Shown here: positions 63,892-64,000 of the stretch, piece after piece | Layout of the letters: every line of letters starts with the position of its first letter | How positions within the stretch are numbered: the first letter of the stretch is position 1 | Virus record (IMG/VR): IMGVR_UViG_3300024265_000033 | Location: 1 to 64,000 of that record | Direction: 5' to 3' (one strand) | From: a virus | Length of the DNA stretch: 64,000 nt | Notes under the pieces: model-generated | What the model saw: only the letters and a program-made list of their open reading frames with translations | Told to the model about the DNA's origin: nothing | Database searches by the model: none | Made by a program: the position numbers and the translations under genes

Positions 63892-64000
63892 TAAGCGGCC
63901 TCCTTGGATACCCCGTCGATTAACTCAACTTTGAAAGTATTGTCAACAATCGATTTGAATATCGAGTTGTGCTCAATCAATATTGTACACCCTTGGAGTG

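Noticed and set aside
1-64000. Stop-codon reassignment
   Set aside because: Long genes are intact in the standard code, coding density is high, and TAA, TAG and TGA all end genes
1-64000. Integrase, reverse transcriptase/DGR or transposase
   Set aside because: No matching catalytic motifs in any ORF and no template/variable repeat pair noticed

Overview
A 64 kb segment of a large tailed dsDNA phage with a contractile tail (myovirus). Almost every gene is on the minus strand. The morphogenesis genes resemble the SPO1/A511/K (Herelleviridae-like) type: terminase large subunit (41432-43258), portal (38904-40967), MuF-like head protein, prohead protease, scaffold, major capsid protein (25121-26539), a block of head/collar fibre-like proteins, neck proteins and tail sheath (858-2711). 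Host-takeover genes are interleaved with them: UNG, a receiver-domain protein, an Rrf2 regulator, two ClpP-like proteases, a secreted subtilase, GroES, a trigger-factor-like domain and a Cas4-like nuclease. To the right lie small early genes, a DNA methyltransferase, an RNA-repair cluster (HAD, Rnl1, Pol-beta nucleotidyltransferase, HD-kinase), a lone HisKA-like domain, a PhaR-like regulator, an SLT transglycosylase, RuvC and phosphoesterases. Three signals stand out. (1) Two 133-145 nt tRNA-like RNAs, each with its own duplicated sigma70 promoter, keep acceptor, D and T arms but have lost the D-loop GG and carry large structured inserts instead of an anticodon arm. (2) A hydrophobic-x-K|[A/S/G] motif, probably the prohead-protease site, is shared by capsid, scaffold and protease and by a 1165-aa NUDIX / zincin / Fe-S flavoprotein polyprotein that looks like capsid-packaged cargo. 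(3) The window also holds split two-component parts, a proteostasis cluster and an origin-like repeat array inside an ORF. All calls come from reading motifs by eye, without database searches. A Gram-negative, possibly Bdellovibrionota/Myxococcota-like host is an inference only.
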